The notes beneath the pieces are model-generated. The model made no database searches. It saw nothing but the letters and a program-made list of their open reading frames with translations, and had not been told where the DNA came from. The position numbers were made by a program, and so were the translations under genes. Shown in pieces: positions 32,786 to 47,100 of a DNA stretch of 64,000 nucleotides. The stretch is from contig CM119266.1 of NCBI GenBank assembly GCA_051294375.1, positions 7,960,606 to 8,024,605 of the forward strand, written 5' to 3'. Source of the stretch: Paraspadella gotoi. Lineage: Eukaryota; Animalia; Chaetognatha. Within the stretch, counting starts at the first letter, position 1; each line of letters opens with the position of its first letter.

Positions 32786-33012
32786 ATGACGATGACGAAG
32801 ACGACGACAATGATGACGACGATGATAGCGGCGATGATGGCGAAAACGACGACGATAGCGACGGCGACGACGACGACGATAACGAAGACGATAATGGTGG
32901 CAAAAGGGCCACGACGACAACGAACACTAATATTAGTAATAATAATAATGGGGGCGAAGACGATGACGACGACGATCGTGAAGACGATAGTGAAGACGAT
33001 GATGATGACGAG
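32786..33012. repeat. (GAC/GAT)n trinucleotide low-complexity tract; similar tracts at ~4610, 20280, 28310, 34680 and 39580
   Basis: Seen directly. Explains the poly-D, poly-T, poly-V and poly-S pseudo-ORFs. Confidence 0.9.
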
Positions 33013-34185
33013 GACATCTCTCTTTTCTCTCTCGATACGTACGCACGACGTACGACACATCACCTCCACGAACCTAATAACTCAATAGGCGTCTTCGAGC
33101 TCAGAATGTGCGAGCTTTTCACCGTCAGAGTCTGTAGGGTGGAGGAACGGCTGATGAGGAAGTGTTTAGAGGAGATGAGAGAGAGATGAGAGAGTTTCCG
33201 ATGAGGAGATGAGAGCAGGAGCAGAGAGACGTCTCGTCATAATCATCGTCTTCATCGCGTAAGAGTATGTAGAGCACGAGAGAGGAAGAGGAGGGAGAGA
33301 GAGTAGAGAGGAGGAGAGAGAGAGAGAAGGTTTTCGAGGTGGAAGTGAGGATTAAATAGAAAACAAAATTAGGGTGAGTTTAAAAAAAGTCGATTAGTTG
33401 AGGTGAAATTTGTTGATGGTCCTGCTGCAGCGGACATGGTGCAAAGGCTTCGTTAGCCTATCGAAACCCCCCGATCCTGCTCAGATGGTTCAAAGCCGCC
33501 ATCTCGGAAAAGTGTCACCGCGATTGCGAGAAGGCCTTCGCCCTGGCAGATCCCCGGACGATGCTGAATTGGCTAAGATAGTATTTTGCTGAAAAAACCG
33601 ATGGGGAAGGAATAAACAATTAATCATCCAGGAGGAAAAAAGTTTAATAAACAAGAAGGGTAATTCAAATGTGTTGCGCCGCAGTGACTGCCTTATTATG
33701 AGTATTTCTCGTGACATGACATGACATTATATGACGCTACATGACATTACTTGCGCTAGCAGAAACTTAGATTTGAGGTTTTATTCTGTCTTAACAAATG
33801 AGCAACCATCAACTATATGCAAATTATATGCATTTTTAACGTAAGTGGGACAGAACGATGGACAGACATACCGACCGACCAACCTACCGACTGACGGGCC
33901 GACCGACCGACCGACAGACCGACTGTAAAGTGACTTATAGAGTTGATCCGCGAGTACTCGCGGCGCAACTAAAAACAATAAATCTTTTAACCAAGTTTTT
34001 CCTTCATATCATGAAGCAAAATGAAACGATCTTACGACAGTAAACTGGATGAAATGAAAATGCATGGAGTCTGCATGTGTTGTGACTGCATTTGAAGCGA
34101 ACGCGGGGGGGGGGCGGAAACGTGACGAGAATCAGTGACGTCGAGTTGAGAAAAAAAAATAAGAGTGAGAGAGAGTTAAATAGTG

Positions 34186-34250
<65 letters not shown>

Positions 34251-34676
34251 AGGGGAGGAGAGAGAGAGAGAGAGAGAGAGACGGTACAGTGGGAAAGATA
34301 AGAAAAAAAATAATTGGAGAAAAAACTATTGGTTCTAATTGTGGATTATTGGATATTGACCGGCTCTATGTTAACCTTAAACAATGTAAATAGTATTGAA
34401 ATATATAAATTGTATTAAAACTTTCGTCGTCGTCGTTCTATTTTTTGCTCAGGCCAATGTTTCGTTGCATTTTATTATGGCACTTTTTCGACAAACGTTT
34501 TTATCGTTGAAATGACTTCTCTCAAATTTAACCCCAGTGATATCATTTTCATTTTCATGAGGTCAACGTTTCTTTCGTTTCTCTCTTCATTTTCGTCGTT
34601 GTTGTTGTCGTCGTCGCCTTTTCCCACGCTCGTCGTTGTTGTCGTCGTTATCGTCCGTGTCGCGCGAGAAAATTTT

Positions 34677-34713
<37 letters not shown>

Positions 34714-36903
34714 GAAAATCGCGTCGTTGGCGAAAAGACGCGAGTTTTCGGATTCACAAGCGAAAAACAGAAACAAGAGAAAAAACAAAAAAAATAAATA
34801 AAACAAAACAAAACAAAAGAACAAAAACAAAGATTAAACCAAAATAAAATAAAAAAAAACTACAAACAATTTTGTTCAACAATGTTTTCTTGTTTTCCCG
34901 AAATTTTGTTAAATATTAGTAATCCTGTCCAAATTGAGAGAAAAGAGGACTTGTTTGTTAAATGAATGGATAATTTTTGTATTGGTTTTGTAATTCAAAT
35001 CTAAGCAGCCTCGTCGCGTTCTCATTGACGAAACTCTAATTCTATTCCACTTTGCTTCATCTACCGCATTTTATTCTACTTTGCCGCATTTTTACATTTT
35101 GATCAGAGTTTGTCCAGATTTCCTAATGGGAGACAATCTCCGCGAGGCGCCGTTTAAGATCCGCAATAAACAGTGAGCAAGATTTCTTTCACAGCTTGAA
35201 GTCTATTAAGATTCTGTGAGACTTTACGGTCAATAAAGATTATGATCATTACGTGAAATAATTCTGGGGATCTTGCAATCAATAATCGGTCACCGATCAG
35301 CGATCTCTTTTAATTCCTAAATATAACTGTTTATTAAACAGTGTTTAACGCTCCCTTGGTCGCAAAACTTTAACTTAATGAGAATTTTATTTCATATTAA
35401 TAATGAAACTGAAGCATACATCAGCAACAAAATGAACCAAATAAAAACAGAATTAAGACGTTAACGTGAAGGAAAACTAAGCTACGAGATCATTTCTATA
35501 TTTTCATAGAAATAAGACAAAACTTTATTTTTCGTCAAAGTTAAACGTTTCAAGAATCGCAACAGTCTGTTTACATATTGGGACGGAGCATCTCACTGTT
35601 GGCTTTGGGGTTTTCCCACCCTCAGTGACGTCTCATGTCACTGGCGCGGTTACCCTACAACGGTGTCGCTTTGCCAACGCAGAAAGAAGTCGTTATGACT
35701 GTAGACGGAAAGCAACGCCTGGGACGGCGGGTTCTCCCTCTGAGGCGGTGTGAGTATACCGCTACTTCATCTTTTTTTATTGTCTGATATTTTGTTCGCC
35801 ATTTTTATCTCGAGCTCCTTCACGACCCGAATCAAACGCAATCAGTCAAAGATTCGAATCACGCGCTTGAACTCGTTGGTGAAGTCGGGAGCTCTTCACT
35901 ACAAAGTCAGGAGGGTCTCGATCCGGACTCCACACGGTCTAGACCCGGTCTCAGAGACTCTGAGCACAGAGCACAACAAGTGGCCCCGCCTTTGGCTTTG
36001 AGTCGATTGCGTTTTAAATATTTTATATTTCTTTATTTACTTTCCCTCTTTATATTTTTTATGATATCTTGATTTAGGTTCTTTTTCTCTTCCTTTTTCA
36101 TCTTTTCTTTCTTTTTAAAGAAAAGAAGCTTAATCCTAGTCTCGTTCAAAGCTTTTTTCCTTCCTGTCTTCTTCCATTAATTTATCTTTCTCCTCTCCTT
36201 CCACTTCCTTTAACTTCCTTCTCTCCTTCCGCTCCCTTTATTTTCCCTTTCTCCTTCTCCTTTTCAATCACTCCCCTTTGTCTCCTTCTCCATCTTCTTC
36301 TGTCCCGTAAAACTTTCTCGTGAAAAAGATAAAAATTGTGAGAAGCCGAAAACCAGAGGGATTTTCACGAGGGGAAGGAGGAGAAGGAGGAGGAGGAGGA
36401 GGAGGGAGGGAGGGAGGGAAGAAGGAAGGGGAAAAGGAAATTTGGGAGAAAGGAAGGAAGGAAGGAAGAAGATTTGAGAAAGTAGAATGAATATTAGAAG
36501 AAAAAAATTAGAAGAAAAAAAACATAAAAAAAGAAAGGAGTGAAAGAAAAAAAAGAAGGAAAAAAAATATAGAAAGAAAGAAAGAGAGAAATGAAGAAAG
36601 AAAGAAAGAAAGAAGGATAGAAGAAAAAAGTTAAAACTAGAAAAAAATGAAAGAAGGGAAGATAGAAAGTGAAGAAGGAAGAAAGAAAAGAGAGAATCTT
36701 TTTCGAAGTAAATGGGCGTCGCGAGGAAATAAAATCTTTGGAGTAGAAAACAAAAGAGAAAAAAATAGAGGATTGGAAAGAAAGAAAAGAAAGAAAAGGA
36801 AGAAAAGAAAAGAAAAGAAAAAAAGAGAAGAAGAATACCTGAGGGAAAATTTCGGAGAAAACCGTGAAAGTGAGACAAGCGTTTTATGGCGGAGGAGTTG
36901 AGT

Positions 36904-36980
<77 letters not shown>

Positions 36981-37055
36981 CAATAAAAACTAATAAAGGG
37001 GTGAAGGGTGAAAGAAGATATCCAAAAGGAGATCGAAGACGAAGCAGCTAAAGAT

Positions 37056-37104
<49 letters not shown>

Positions 37105-38238
37105 CATAGTAAATACTAAATACTAACTACTAAAAATTCAAACCTTTTCCACGCTAAATAAATAGAATTGAATAAAAAATTGTAACAATATATGAAAGTT
37201 GCAAAATTACTTGTTTCACTATCTTAATTTTTTTATTTTTTAGATTTAAAATAACTAATATTTATGATTTTATTTATTTGTTAAATATTTTTGTGTTAAA
37301 TATTGATGCAAATTCAAAACTTTGTATTTCTCTAAAGTGTTAAATATTTAAATAAATTATTTTTTATCTGTTTGGGATGGGGACGTTAATGTTGTCTTCT
37401 GGAAATAGAGGGTGCATCTACACAACACAAGTTTAGTTCTGTCGTCGAGAGAGAATGAAAAGAAAAAGAGGAAAATCTTCAACTCCATTCATCTTCCTCA
37501 CAACCGAGAATCTTTCTCGGCCGCCGGGCGGATGACAATCCGCGTTTCCGGCGGCCACCGGTCACTGCCGATGAGCCCGGCAAAGGAGTCTTCTTCGGTC
37601 ACCCGCGCGGATGCCCGCGAGCAGCGACCTCTGGGAGACGCGGGGCGAAACTCTGTCTCTATTTGTTATCTTTTTTTAAAATTCGTTTCGTGACACAAAC
37701 TCGTTACATCCGGGTCATCCAAGATTTTTACTGACGGACCGATTACTTACACCCGGGGTTTCACTTTCCAAATCCGAATCAAATTGTTGCATGAATTTGA
37801 CTCTATTAATTGATTATTAAAATTAAAATAAGAAATTGCAATGAATAAAGAACGAAAATTTATCAATACGCTAATTGAGCGATGGTGATAAAAGATGTCG
37901 TGATAAAAGCGGAAGTGGTGAAGGCTATCGTGACTGGAAAGAAAGTTCTTTAGAAGAATCCAAAACATTTTTCACGGAATTAGGTTAAATGAGGATGAGT
38001 TGGCATAGAACTTTATCTATCTCTCTCTCTCTCTCTTCTTCTCCTCATCTCTCTCTCTCTTCTCTCTCTCTCTCTCTCTCTCTTTCTCTTTTCTTGCTTT
38101 CAAATTACCTTGACATTGCCAAATAGTCTCAGGCTCGGAAAATTAATTAGCCTAAATTATCCTATCACGGATCTTATAAGACGGCGACAAAAAACCATTA
38201 AATAATTAATGAGTTCCTGTTAATTTACATTGATTTAA

Positions 38239-38309
38239 ATAACGGTGGTTCAGTGGTAGAATGCTCGCCTACCACGCGGGCGGCCCGGTTTCGATTCCCG
38301 GTCGATGCA
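38239..38309 (+). pseudogene. tRNA-Gly(GCC)-derived pseudogene (anticodon now reads ACC)
   Basis: CGGTGGTTCAGTGGTAGAATGCTCGCCT-ACC-ACGCGGGCGGCCCGGTTTCGATTCCCGGTCGATGCA matches the invertebrate tRNA-Gly(GCC) body. The 5' GCAT of the acceptor stem is replaced, and the anticodon and T-stem carry substitutions. Confidence 0.85.
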
Positions 38310-38692
38310 ACAGTGATGAGCGGGGTTTTACGTCTCTTGCTCACCCTTCTGAGAGTATCAATAACGCTGGTTGAAACGCAAGTCTTTGGGATCAAGCATG
38401 ATCAAGAACTGGAGGTAAGCAAAAGCAAGCATCGGTATACAATCAGAATAGCAATGATCTCTCAGGTAAGCTCAGCCTAATCAATTACATAATAAATAGC
38501 CACGCATATATAGAATGCATATAGAATGACATATGAGTAATACAGATACGAAACCCCGACGATGACTAATTAATATTTTCACAATCTGTATGAAAGGAAA
38601 TCATAGTTAAAACATATTAATAGAATAATAACAAACACCAATGTTTAAACAGCACCCCAAAGTAAATGATATATGACCTGTGTTACGTGCAT

Positions 38693-39824
38693 NNNNNNNN
38701 NNNNNNNNNNNNNNNNNNNNNNNNNNNNNNNNNNNNNNNNNNNNNNNNNNNNNNNNNNNNNNNNNNNNNNNNNNNNNNNNNNNNNNNNNNNNNNNNNNNN
38801 NNNNNNNNNNNNNNNNNNNNNNNNNNNNNNNNNNNNNNNNNNNNNNNNNNNNNNNNNNNNNNNNNNNNNNNNNNNNNNNNNNNNNNNNNNNNNNNNNNNN
38901 NNNNNNNNNNNNNNNNNNNNNNNNNNNNNNNNNNNNNNNNNNNNNNNNNNNNNNNNNNNNNNNNNNNNNNNNNNNNNNNATTTTTTATTATCAGTGACAT
39001 AATTCTTTATTTCAACTGAATTTTTTATTCTATTTGTCCACCCGTTTTCATAACTTTCATTCCCAAATTAAACATTGTAAATTATTGTAACTTTATTTTC
39101 ATTACATTGTCTCACAGTACATCGCGAGGTCGTTGACTCTACTATCCTACGCCGCAGATGAAGCTCGCAGTGGCTCATAGCCTTTGACATTGTCTTCTTC
39201 TCTTTCACAGTTCCATAAAGTAATTCACACTTTTTTTTCCGGCGAGAAACATTTTTAAGGCGGCTTCCCTTAAATCTCTCAAGTTAAGCTCGAGGCTTTT
39301 TTGGAAACAAGCTATCTGTCACGAAAGCAAAGGAAGCAATTTCACACAAGCCATTTATTCATCAAGCTTATTGCCGTCGACCTCTCTGAGTCTCTCTAAT
39401 AGAAATATTCCGCAAAGAGTCATTCGTTACTCGAGACTTGAAAGGAAGTTTCCCGAAAATATGGCGTCGAAATCGGCGGGAAAAAAATGTGGATGTTTTG
39501 ACAGATTTACCATCGTTAAAAATTTCCGTTGACAGATTTCAGTCATTCGTTGCTTATTTATGGCAGAAAAACTGATGCAGACGTCGTTGTTATCGTCGTC
39601 GTTATCGTCGTCGTCGTCGTCGTTATCGTCGTCGACGTTATCGTCGTGGTCGTTTGTCGTCCATTTCTTGACGTCGTCATCATCGTCGTCGTCTTTGTCG
39701 TTATCGTCGTCGTAATCCTCGTCCTCATTGTCATTATCTTTGTCATATTTTTGTCATATTTGTCATATTTTTGATCGTCATTATCGTTTATATCGTATTT
39801 TTGTCGCAGTCGCCGTTGTCTTCA

Positions 39825-39859
<35 letters not shown>

Positions 39860-41655
39860 CTCCCAGAAGATTAATGGTCACTTGTTCGGCAAAGATGAAA
39901 CGGGTGAACGGATGAAAAAGCAGAGAGTTTCTCGGTGATTCCGGGTGACTGGAACGGAAATTCGGGGTGATAAAAGTGATTCGAGATGATTCTTAATTCT
40001 TAAGGGAAATATTTAAGAATATCAGTTAACAGTTGAAAGTTTTTTTCAAAGAGAATTAATCGATATATTAGTACAACTAAATTTCATTCCCTTTCTAAAA
40101 GATTTTTATCGAGTGATTTTCATTTTAATCACTAGAATTAATTAGATAAAATTAACGTTTTTTTGTAGTGAGCGTTTATCTGTTTTATTTTTGGTGTCGC
40201 TTTTACTATATTACACTAACATAACTTTAAGCTTGAGTTAAGCTTCTTTCACTAGTTAAACTGTAGTATACTTAATTTTTTCTCCCAAAAATATCGTAAG
40301 ATTTCTTCCCCAGTTCTTTTGTTCAATCGACGAACCGCGCGCCATCTCTCGATCTCCTTTCACTGATTCGCCTTTTGTTTAAATTTTCAACGAGAATATG
40401 GGGGATAAAAAACCCGTTAAAAGAAAAAAACAAAAAAAGGATGAATAAATTAATGAAACTAAATCGAAGGAAAAAGCAAACAGAATAGGAGAGAGAGAGA
40501 AGAGAGAGAGAAGAGAGAGAGAGAGATGGAGAGAGAGAGAGGAGAGAGAGAGAGAGGAGAGAGAGAAGAGAGAGAGAGAGAGAGTGAACGCGGGAAGCGT
40601 AACGGGAGGATTTATGATTTCCTTTGTACGGAAAAAATGTAATTACTGTTTATTGAGGATTTATTAGGGATTTATCAGAGTTACGAACCGAAGATGAAAG
40701 TTTTGTTAGTTTTTGTTTGTTAATATGATCGAGTGTTTAATTATCTTTTATTTTCTAAGTCGTCTCTGCAATCGTTAATCGGTTTTCGGAGAATGAATAC
40801 TTACGGAAATGAATAAGATTAACTTATATATATATTATATATATGTAAAATAAAAGGTTGGCTTGAAGGTAATGGGAAAAGGCTAAAAGCCTAAAAGAAA
40901 AAAAAGATAGCTAAATAGTATGATACGAAATGTATAGGGAAGGGGGAAAGAAAAGGGAGGAAGGAGGGAAGGAAGGCTAAAAGAAAAGAAAAGAAGGCTA
41001 AAAGTAAAGGAAGGAAGGCTAAAATAAAAGGAAGGAAGGCTAAAGGGAAAGGAAGGAAGGCTAAAAGGAAAGGCAGAAAGGCTAAAATGAAAGGAAGGAA
41101 GGCTAAAATAAAAGGAAGGAAGGCTAAAAGAAAAGGAAGGAAGGCTAAAAGGAAAGGGAGGAAGGCTAAAAGGAAAGAAATAAAGGCTAAAAGGAAAGTG
41201 AGGAAAGCTAAAAGGAAAGGGAGGAAGGGGGAAAGGAAAGGGAGAGTAAGTAAAGGAGAGACTTAGACGTCTTCGTCTCCAAAAGCGAATCACAAAATCT
41301 TCACGGGTCACAACCAGGAGACCAATTTCCTCTGCGTTTGACTTTTCTTTCAGTTACGCTAGTCTGTTCGCCGGTTAGAGACAGAGACAGAGAGAGNNNN
41401 NNNNNNNNNNNNNNNNNNNNNNNNNNNNNNNNNNNNNNNNNNNNNNNNNNNNNNNNNNNNNNNNNNNNNNNNNNNNNNNNNNNNNNNNNNNNNNNNNNNN
41501 NNNNNNNNNNNNNNNNNNNNNNNNNNNNNNNNNNNNNNNNNNNNNNNNNNNNNNNNNNNNNNNNNNNNNNNNNNNNNNNNNNNNNNNNNNNNNNNNNNNN
41601 NNNNNNNNNNNNNNNNNNNNNNNNNNNNNNNNNNNNNNNNNNNNNNNNNNNNNNN

Positions 41656-41693
<38 letters not shown>

Positions 41694-44600
41694 TCGATGG
41701 TCATTCAGGATTTTTTATTTTTTCCCGGAGGAGAAAATCACCAGCCGTTCAATCATTCATGAAAAAATATAAACAAACGAATCAAAACAAACAAACAAAT
41801 TAAGCCGATCGACGATAAAATGGGCCCAAACAATTTCAGCCCTCCGGCGAGTTTCGAAAATTAGGGTGAGTTTTATTTTTTGTATAAATCGAATAAGAAC
41901 GTGACTGCATTAATCTGATGGACTTCATCAACTGACTGCATTAATTTAATGGACTACATCAATAGACTGCATGAATTCCTCAGAATGCCGAATATTCGTG
42001 AAAGTATTAGTTTGTTGAATCAGGCAAATTTATTTATGGGTAGAAATTTGGACGAAGACGACGACGACGACGACGATAACGAAGACGACTAGAAAAGCAA
42101 TGACGATGACAATGAAAACAATAAGACGCCAGTAAATTAAAACAATGACAGAGAGAAAAAAAAAGTCGGCTAAAACTAATTGGACAAATAGCGTGGTCGT
42201 GATAACAACGACAACGACGACAACTAGGATAAAGAGACTGCGAATATTTATAAGATCCCGCCCCGTCTATCGGTCCGGCTGTCCGTCCGTCTGTCTGTTC
42301 GACTCTCTTTCTTACGCCCTAACTTTCTTCCTTTCTTCTCATTCCGCTTCATTCCTTGGAGGTTTTACGTTTTAGCGAATGAGTTGGGGAAGGAAGAGGA
42401 AAAGGTGAACGAGTCGAAAAGAAAGTCGAGGATGGAAGGAGGAAAGGAAAGGGAGGAAGAGGAAAGGGAAGAAAAGGGAGGAAGAAGAGGAAAGGGAAGA
42501 AGAAGAGGAGGGAAAAGGGAGGAAAGAAAGGAAAGGAAAGGAGAGGAGAGGAAAGGAAGGGAAAGGTAACTGAGAAAAAGAGAGGAAAGAAAAGAGAGGA
42601 AGTAGAGGCGAGGAAAGAGAGAAATAAAAGGAAAGGAAAGGGAGGAAGGAACTGAAAAAAATGGAGGAAGGAAAGGGAAAGGAATCTGAGAAAAGAGAGG
42701 AAAGAAAAGGGAGGAAGTAGAGGCGAGGAAAGAGAGAAATAAAAGGAAAGGAGTGAACTGAAAGAAAAAGGTGGAAGGAAAGGAAGGGAAAGAAGAGGAA
42801 AGAAAAATTGAGAAAAAAAAGAAAAAAAGAAAGAATNNNNNNNNNNNNNNNNNNNNNNNNNNNNNNNNNNNNNNNNNNNNNNNNNNNNNNNNNNNNNNNN
42901 NNNNNNNNNNNNNNNNNNNNNNNNNNNNNNNNNNNNNNNNNNNNNNNNNNNNNNNNNNNNNNNNNNNNNNNNNNNNNNNNNNNNNNNNNNNNNNNNNNNN
43001 NNNNNNNNNNNNNNNNNNNNNNNNNNNNNNNNNNNNNNNNNNNNNNNNNNNNNNNNNNNNNNNNNNNNNNNNNNNNNNNNNNNNNNNNNNNNNNNNNNTC
43101 TCTCTGTCAAACACTTTGTTTTTTCTTCTCTCTCGTTGCCTCCTTAAAACTGCCTCCTCAGTCATAAACTCGGAGTAAAACACCTGACGAATTTCCAACG
43201 AGGCGCTGGCGGAGTGGCGGCNNNNNNNNNNNNNNNNNNNNNNNNNNNNNNNNNNNNNNNNNNNNNNNNNNNNNNNNNNNNNNNNNNNNNNNNNNNNNNN
43301 NNNNNNNNNNNNNNNNNNNNNNNNNNNNNNNNNNNNNNNNNNNNNNNNNNNNNNNNNNNNNNNNNNNNNNNNNNNNNNNNNNNNNNNNNNNNNNNNNNNN
43401 NNNNNNNNNNNNNNNNNNNNNNNNNNNNNNNNNNNNNNNGGTACATTGTAAATGGCTAATGGCTAAAGCTTAGAAAGCCTATTGGCAAACCCTATTACCC
43501 GACACATAGTGCCGACAATTTTCAGCTTTATATTGTGGTTGCAAAAATTTCCGCTTGCTGGAGCGAGAAAAAAAAAGCTTGGGAAAAAAAAAAGCTTGGG
43601 AACTTATGTTATCGTGTTTCATAAAAGGTTTTGATTTCCTTAGCACGTGCGCAGAAAATTTAAAAGGGAAAAAATGGAGTCCGATAATATTTTTTATGTT
43701 TTAGTTTTGTCTTTATTTCAAATCGGTTTTCAATTCTTTAAAAAGTGAAATATTACATTTATATATTCATTTTATTGTCTTCTGTTAGTTCTTTACTAAT
43801 TTGTAAAAAAATTCTCAATGTTAAATAAAACTTGTTACCCAGCTCTAAATCCTCAAGATAAAATGATAAAAAATAAGATTTAAAAAACGGAAACCAAGTT
43901 CATCTCAAATTATAAATATTTCACAAACAAAACTGTAAACCAAAAACTACTTCCCTGAATCCTTCTGTGAGAAATATAAACAACGATTGTGAAAGTGTGA
44001 AAGACTCTTCGGCTACAATCTTCACGTAAAAAGATGAGAGACAATTTCTGCAAAACACCTCACAAGGATGGCATCGTTTCTAGAGTCTAAAAATAGAATG
44101 GACGAGAGAAGTAATCTCGACGTCCGTCTGTCTGCCCCGCCCTCCGTCCGTCCGTCCCTCCCATCCGAGTTATGTTTTTTTTAAACGATTACGATTGAGA
44201 AAAAAAGGAAAAGGAAAGGGGAAAAAAAGGAAAGAAAAAGGAAAGAAAAAGGAAAGAATAAGAGAAGAGGAGAAATTAAACCTAAAACTAAAAAAAAGAA
44301 TAAAAAGAAATAAAAAAATCGTCCAACAAATATATAATATACATTATAATATGAATATATGTATTATGTATATAGCGAACGACTATTTTCTCATCACAGT
44401 AAAGCTTCACCTTTGATAAAATAAAAATCGTTTTCTTTGACCAAAAAAAAAAAACCTAAAAACTAAATCGATTTTTTTGGCTTCATTAATCATTGGGTTC
44501 TTCTTTCTCTCAAGCCAGGTACTCTGGCAGTGAATAAACGAGACTGTGAGAGAGTCTTGATTGAAAGCTTGCAGGGTCCTGCTATGTTATTATCTTGTGA

Positions 44601-44724
44601 GAGTGATGGAGGCCTTAAATCACCATAGCCTGTCCAAAGTCAGGGGCAATATAGCATAGTTATAAAATGAATGGATAAATTTTATATTGGTTGTACCAAT
44701 TTCTTAGAGACAAACTGGCTAAGC

Positions 44725-44782
<58 letters not shown>

Positions 44783-44869
44783 TTCACAAAACTTTAAAAG
44801 GAATTTCAAGAAAACGAAAAAATAAAAGAAAAAAAAACTATTTCNNNNNNNNNNNNNNNNNNNNNNNNN
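38693..44869. other. Region containing five assembly gaps (38693-38979, 41397-41655, 42837-43098, 43222-43439, 44845-44869)
   Basis: N runs, several bordered by (GA)n or purine tracts. Confidence 0.99.
40945..41245. repeat. 21-bp purine-rich minisatellite (AAGGAAGGAAGGCTAAAA-AA)
   Basis: GGCTAAA recurs with a 21-bp period about 12 times. Confidence 0.9.
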
Positions 44870-45399
44870 AATAATCTCTTTCCGTCTTTTTTTGTACCAA
44901 CATTTTTTCCTGCAGTCGATACAACCCGCCTTTTTTTTTTTTGTCCTTCTTAGTTCCAAGAAATATTTTTTGCCGCATTAAGTCTTCCGTCACTTTCGCT
45001 TTAATTTAACTTTCTACTTACACTGTGATGTATAGTGATTAAGGTAAGTGATGTAAGTTTTCTTGATTTTCGACTCTTTTTTTTTAAAAAATCTAAGATT
45101 CAATTAACTACATTTTCAGAGAGCCGCCTCTCCTTTGAGAAGATAGGCATTTGTGTTCTTTTGAATTCATAGCCATACGTTAAGTGAAAAGGTTATAATT
45201 TTATAACACTTGTTTTGATTTTTTGTGCTAAAATGAAGGACTATAAGTTTTAAAATCTCCTGTCCTTTCTTTTTCTTTTCTCCTTTAAATCTTCTTCTCT
45301 CTGAACTTTTGGATTTTGTCTATTGAGTAATTGAAATTTGATGGTAATTTAATTTAAAAATTATAATATGCTTAAATTCAAGTCGTGGTACTAAGAAAG

Positions 45400-47100
45400 T
45401 TGCAAAGTTTGTTTCATACATTGTGTTTTTGCAAAATGTAAAGAACATATTGATCTTTCTCGATCTAATTGACATCCAAAGACAGAATATTTTATAAGGA
45501 AGCCATTCTTCGAATTGTCACTGGTCTGCTGGGTGTTATTCCTTTCATATTCAAAGAGTACGGCTGTAATTTCGCCTTGCAATTGGGTATATCTAGTATT
45601 TAGTCTCCCAAGTTTCTTTAAAAGAACGTATATTTATGAGAATACGTATTTTAACCTTTATTTTGGCAATTATATAATACCGTTTTCTTAACTAATTTAA
45701 ACCTCTTTTTTCCATAACCATATTAAAACATTGATAATTTATGATTTGTGTCTTTTATTATGACCTGAATTATTCCTTTTTATCAACTCTTTAGTATATA
45801 TATGCCCATGGTTGCTATATTATCCATATTTGTTTTGCCCAATTTGATTTCCTAGGCGTAGTCTATATTTTGGCCTTTTTATCAAAATTGTTTCTTTAAT
45901 TTCTTTTCTATTTATTCGAGACATTGACGCTGTGATAATTATGCGTTATGAATATGGATGCTTAAATGTGAATTTTGCAATCCGACGACCAATTAAATTT
46001 AGTATCAAATAATTATTAAACATCCTCATTTTTGCAATCATTTTTTTATAATTAAAATATTAACCCTGCTAATGCTCTTATTATATCATATCCTATTATT
46101 GGGGGTTCCTTGTAATTAAAATATACTGGTATTGTTGGTTTTTGTATGGTTTTCTATTTAAAATTCCAACTAAGATTAATATAGTCAAGCCTTTATCTAT
46201 AAAGATTAAGTGTGGTATAATATTCTTTTTCTAATTTTTTTCTGTTAAAACTGGTTTAAATAATCGGTATACCTGATATCATTATAATGCTAAGTGATGT
46301 GTCAAATTCTGTATTCATGATCATTCAAATTTCTACTCTCATTGTATAGAATTAATCAATTTTCCATGATGTGGGAGAAACTATAAGATAGGTTTTTATA
46401 AATAATGCATGGTGATATTCTTGATTTTTTATATTATTGTATAAATTTTTTAAATAAATAAAGAATAAGTAAAATTAATGCCCTGGTCTTGTCTATTTTT
46501 TGGTTTCTTTTCGGCGTTGTGAGTCGGTGTGTGTGTTTCTCTTTTTGTATTTCCATATTTTGATAGTTTTGTTGAAGATGGTACAAAATCTCTGTAGCCT
46601 TTTAATGCTTAACAATTTAATCCAAAAGGGGTAAAGAGATTTGAAATTTTCTTATCCAAATGTGCTTCCCTTTCAGTCTTATTTAATATTGATTTATTTA
46701 TATATTCATTGGTCTAGATTTTTTCTATTTGGTATAATCTTTAAGTTTTCTAGACCATGTTTTCATTGTTAAAATGTTTATGGATTAAATTTGGAGAATT
46801 TTCCTGACCTTATAGAATGTTTTATTGACCGTTAACTTATTCTTACTATTTTTTGTTTCTTTCTATATATTGCTATTGAACAGTATTAATGACATGATAT
46901 TAAATATAGTTATATTTTCTTCTGTAATTACAAGTTTAAAGATATTTGAGCCATTTAATAATTGGAAAATAAATGTAACATTTTGTTTGATTAGATTTAA
47001 AAAAATTTACATTCCTGTGAATAAAGGGACAAGTGCCTTTCAGTTCAGGAATCTACTCCGTTTTGGCGCTATTTTCGGCAACAGGACCTCATTTCATTCT
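45400..47100 (-). mobile_element. Inverted, heavily frameshifted duplicate of the 5' part of the Penelope-like element
   Basis: Reverse complement of ~56100-57600, covering GIY-YIG through the ITPAD region. Confidence 0.8.

Noticed and set aside
11231-44959. Dozens of ORFs rich in SLSL, RERE, FLLF, poly-D, poly-T or X
   Set aside because: Translations of microsatellites, purine/pyrimidine tracts or N gaps, with no splice-consistent structure or domain.
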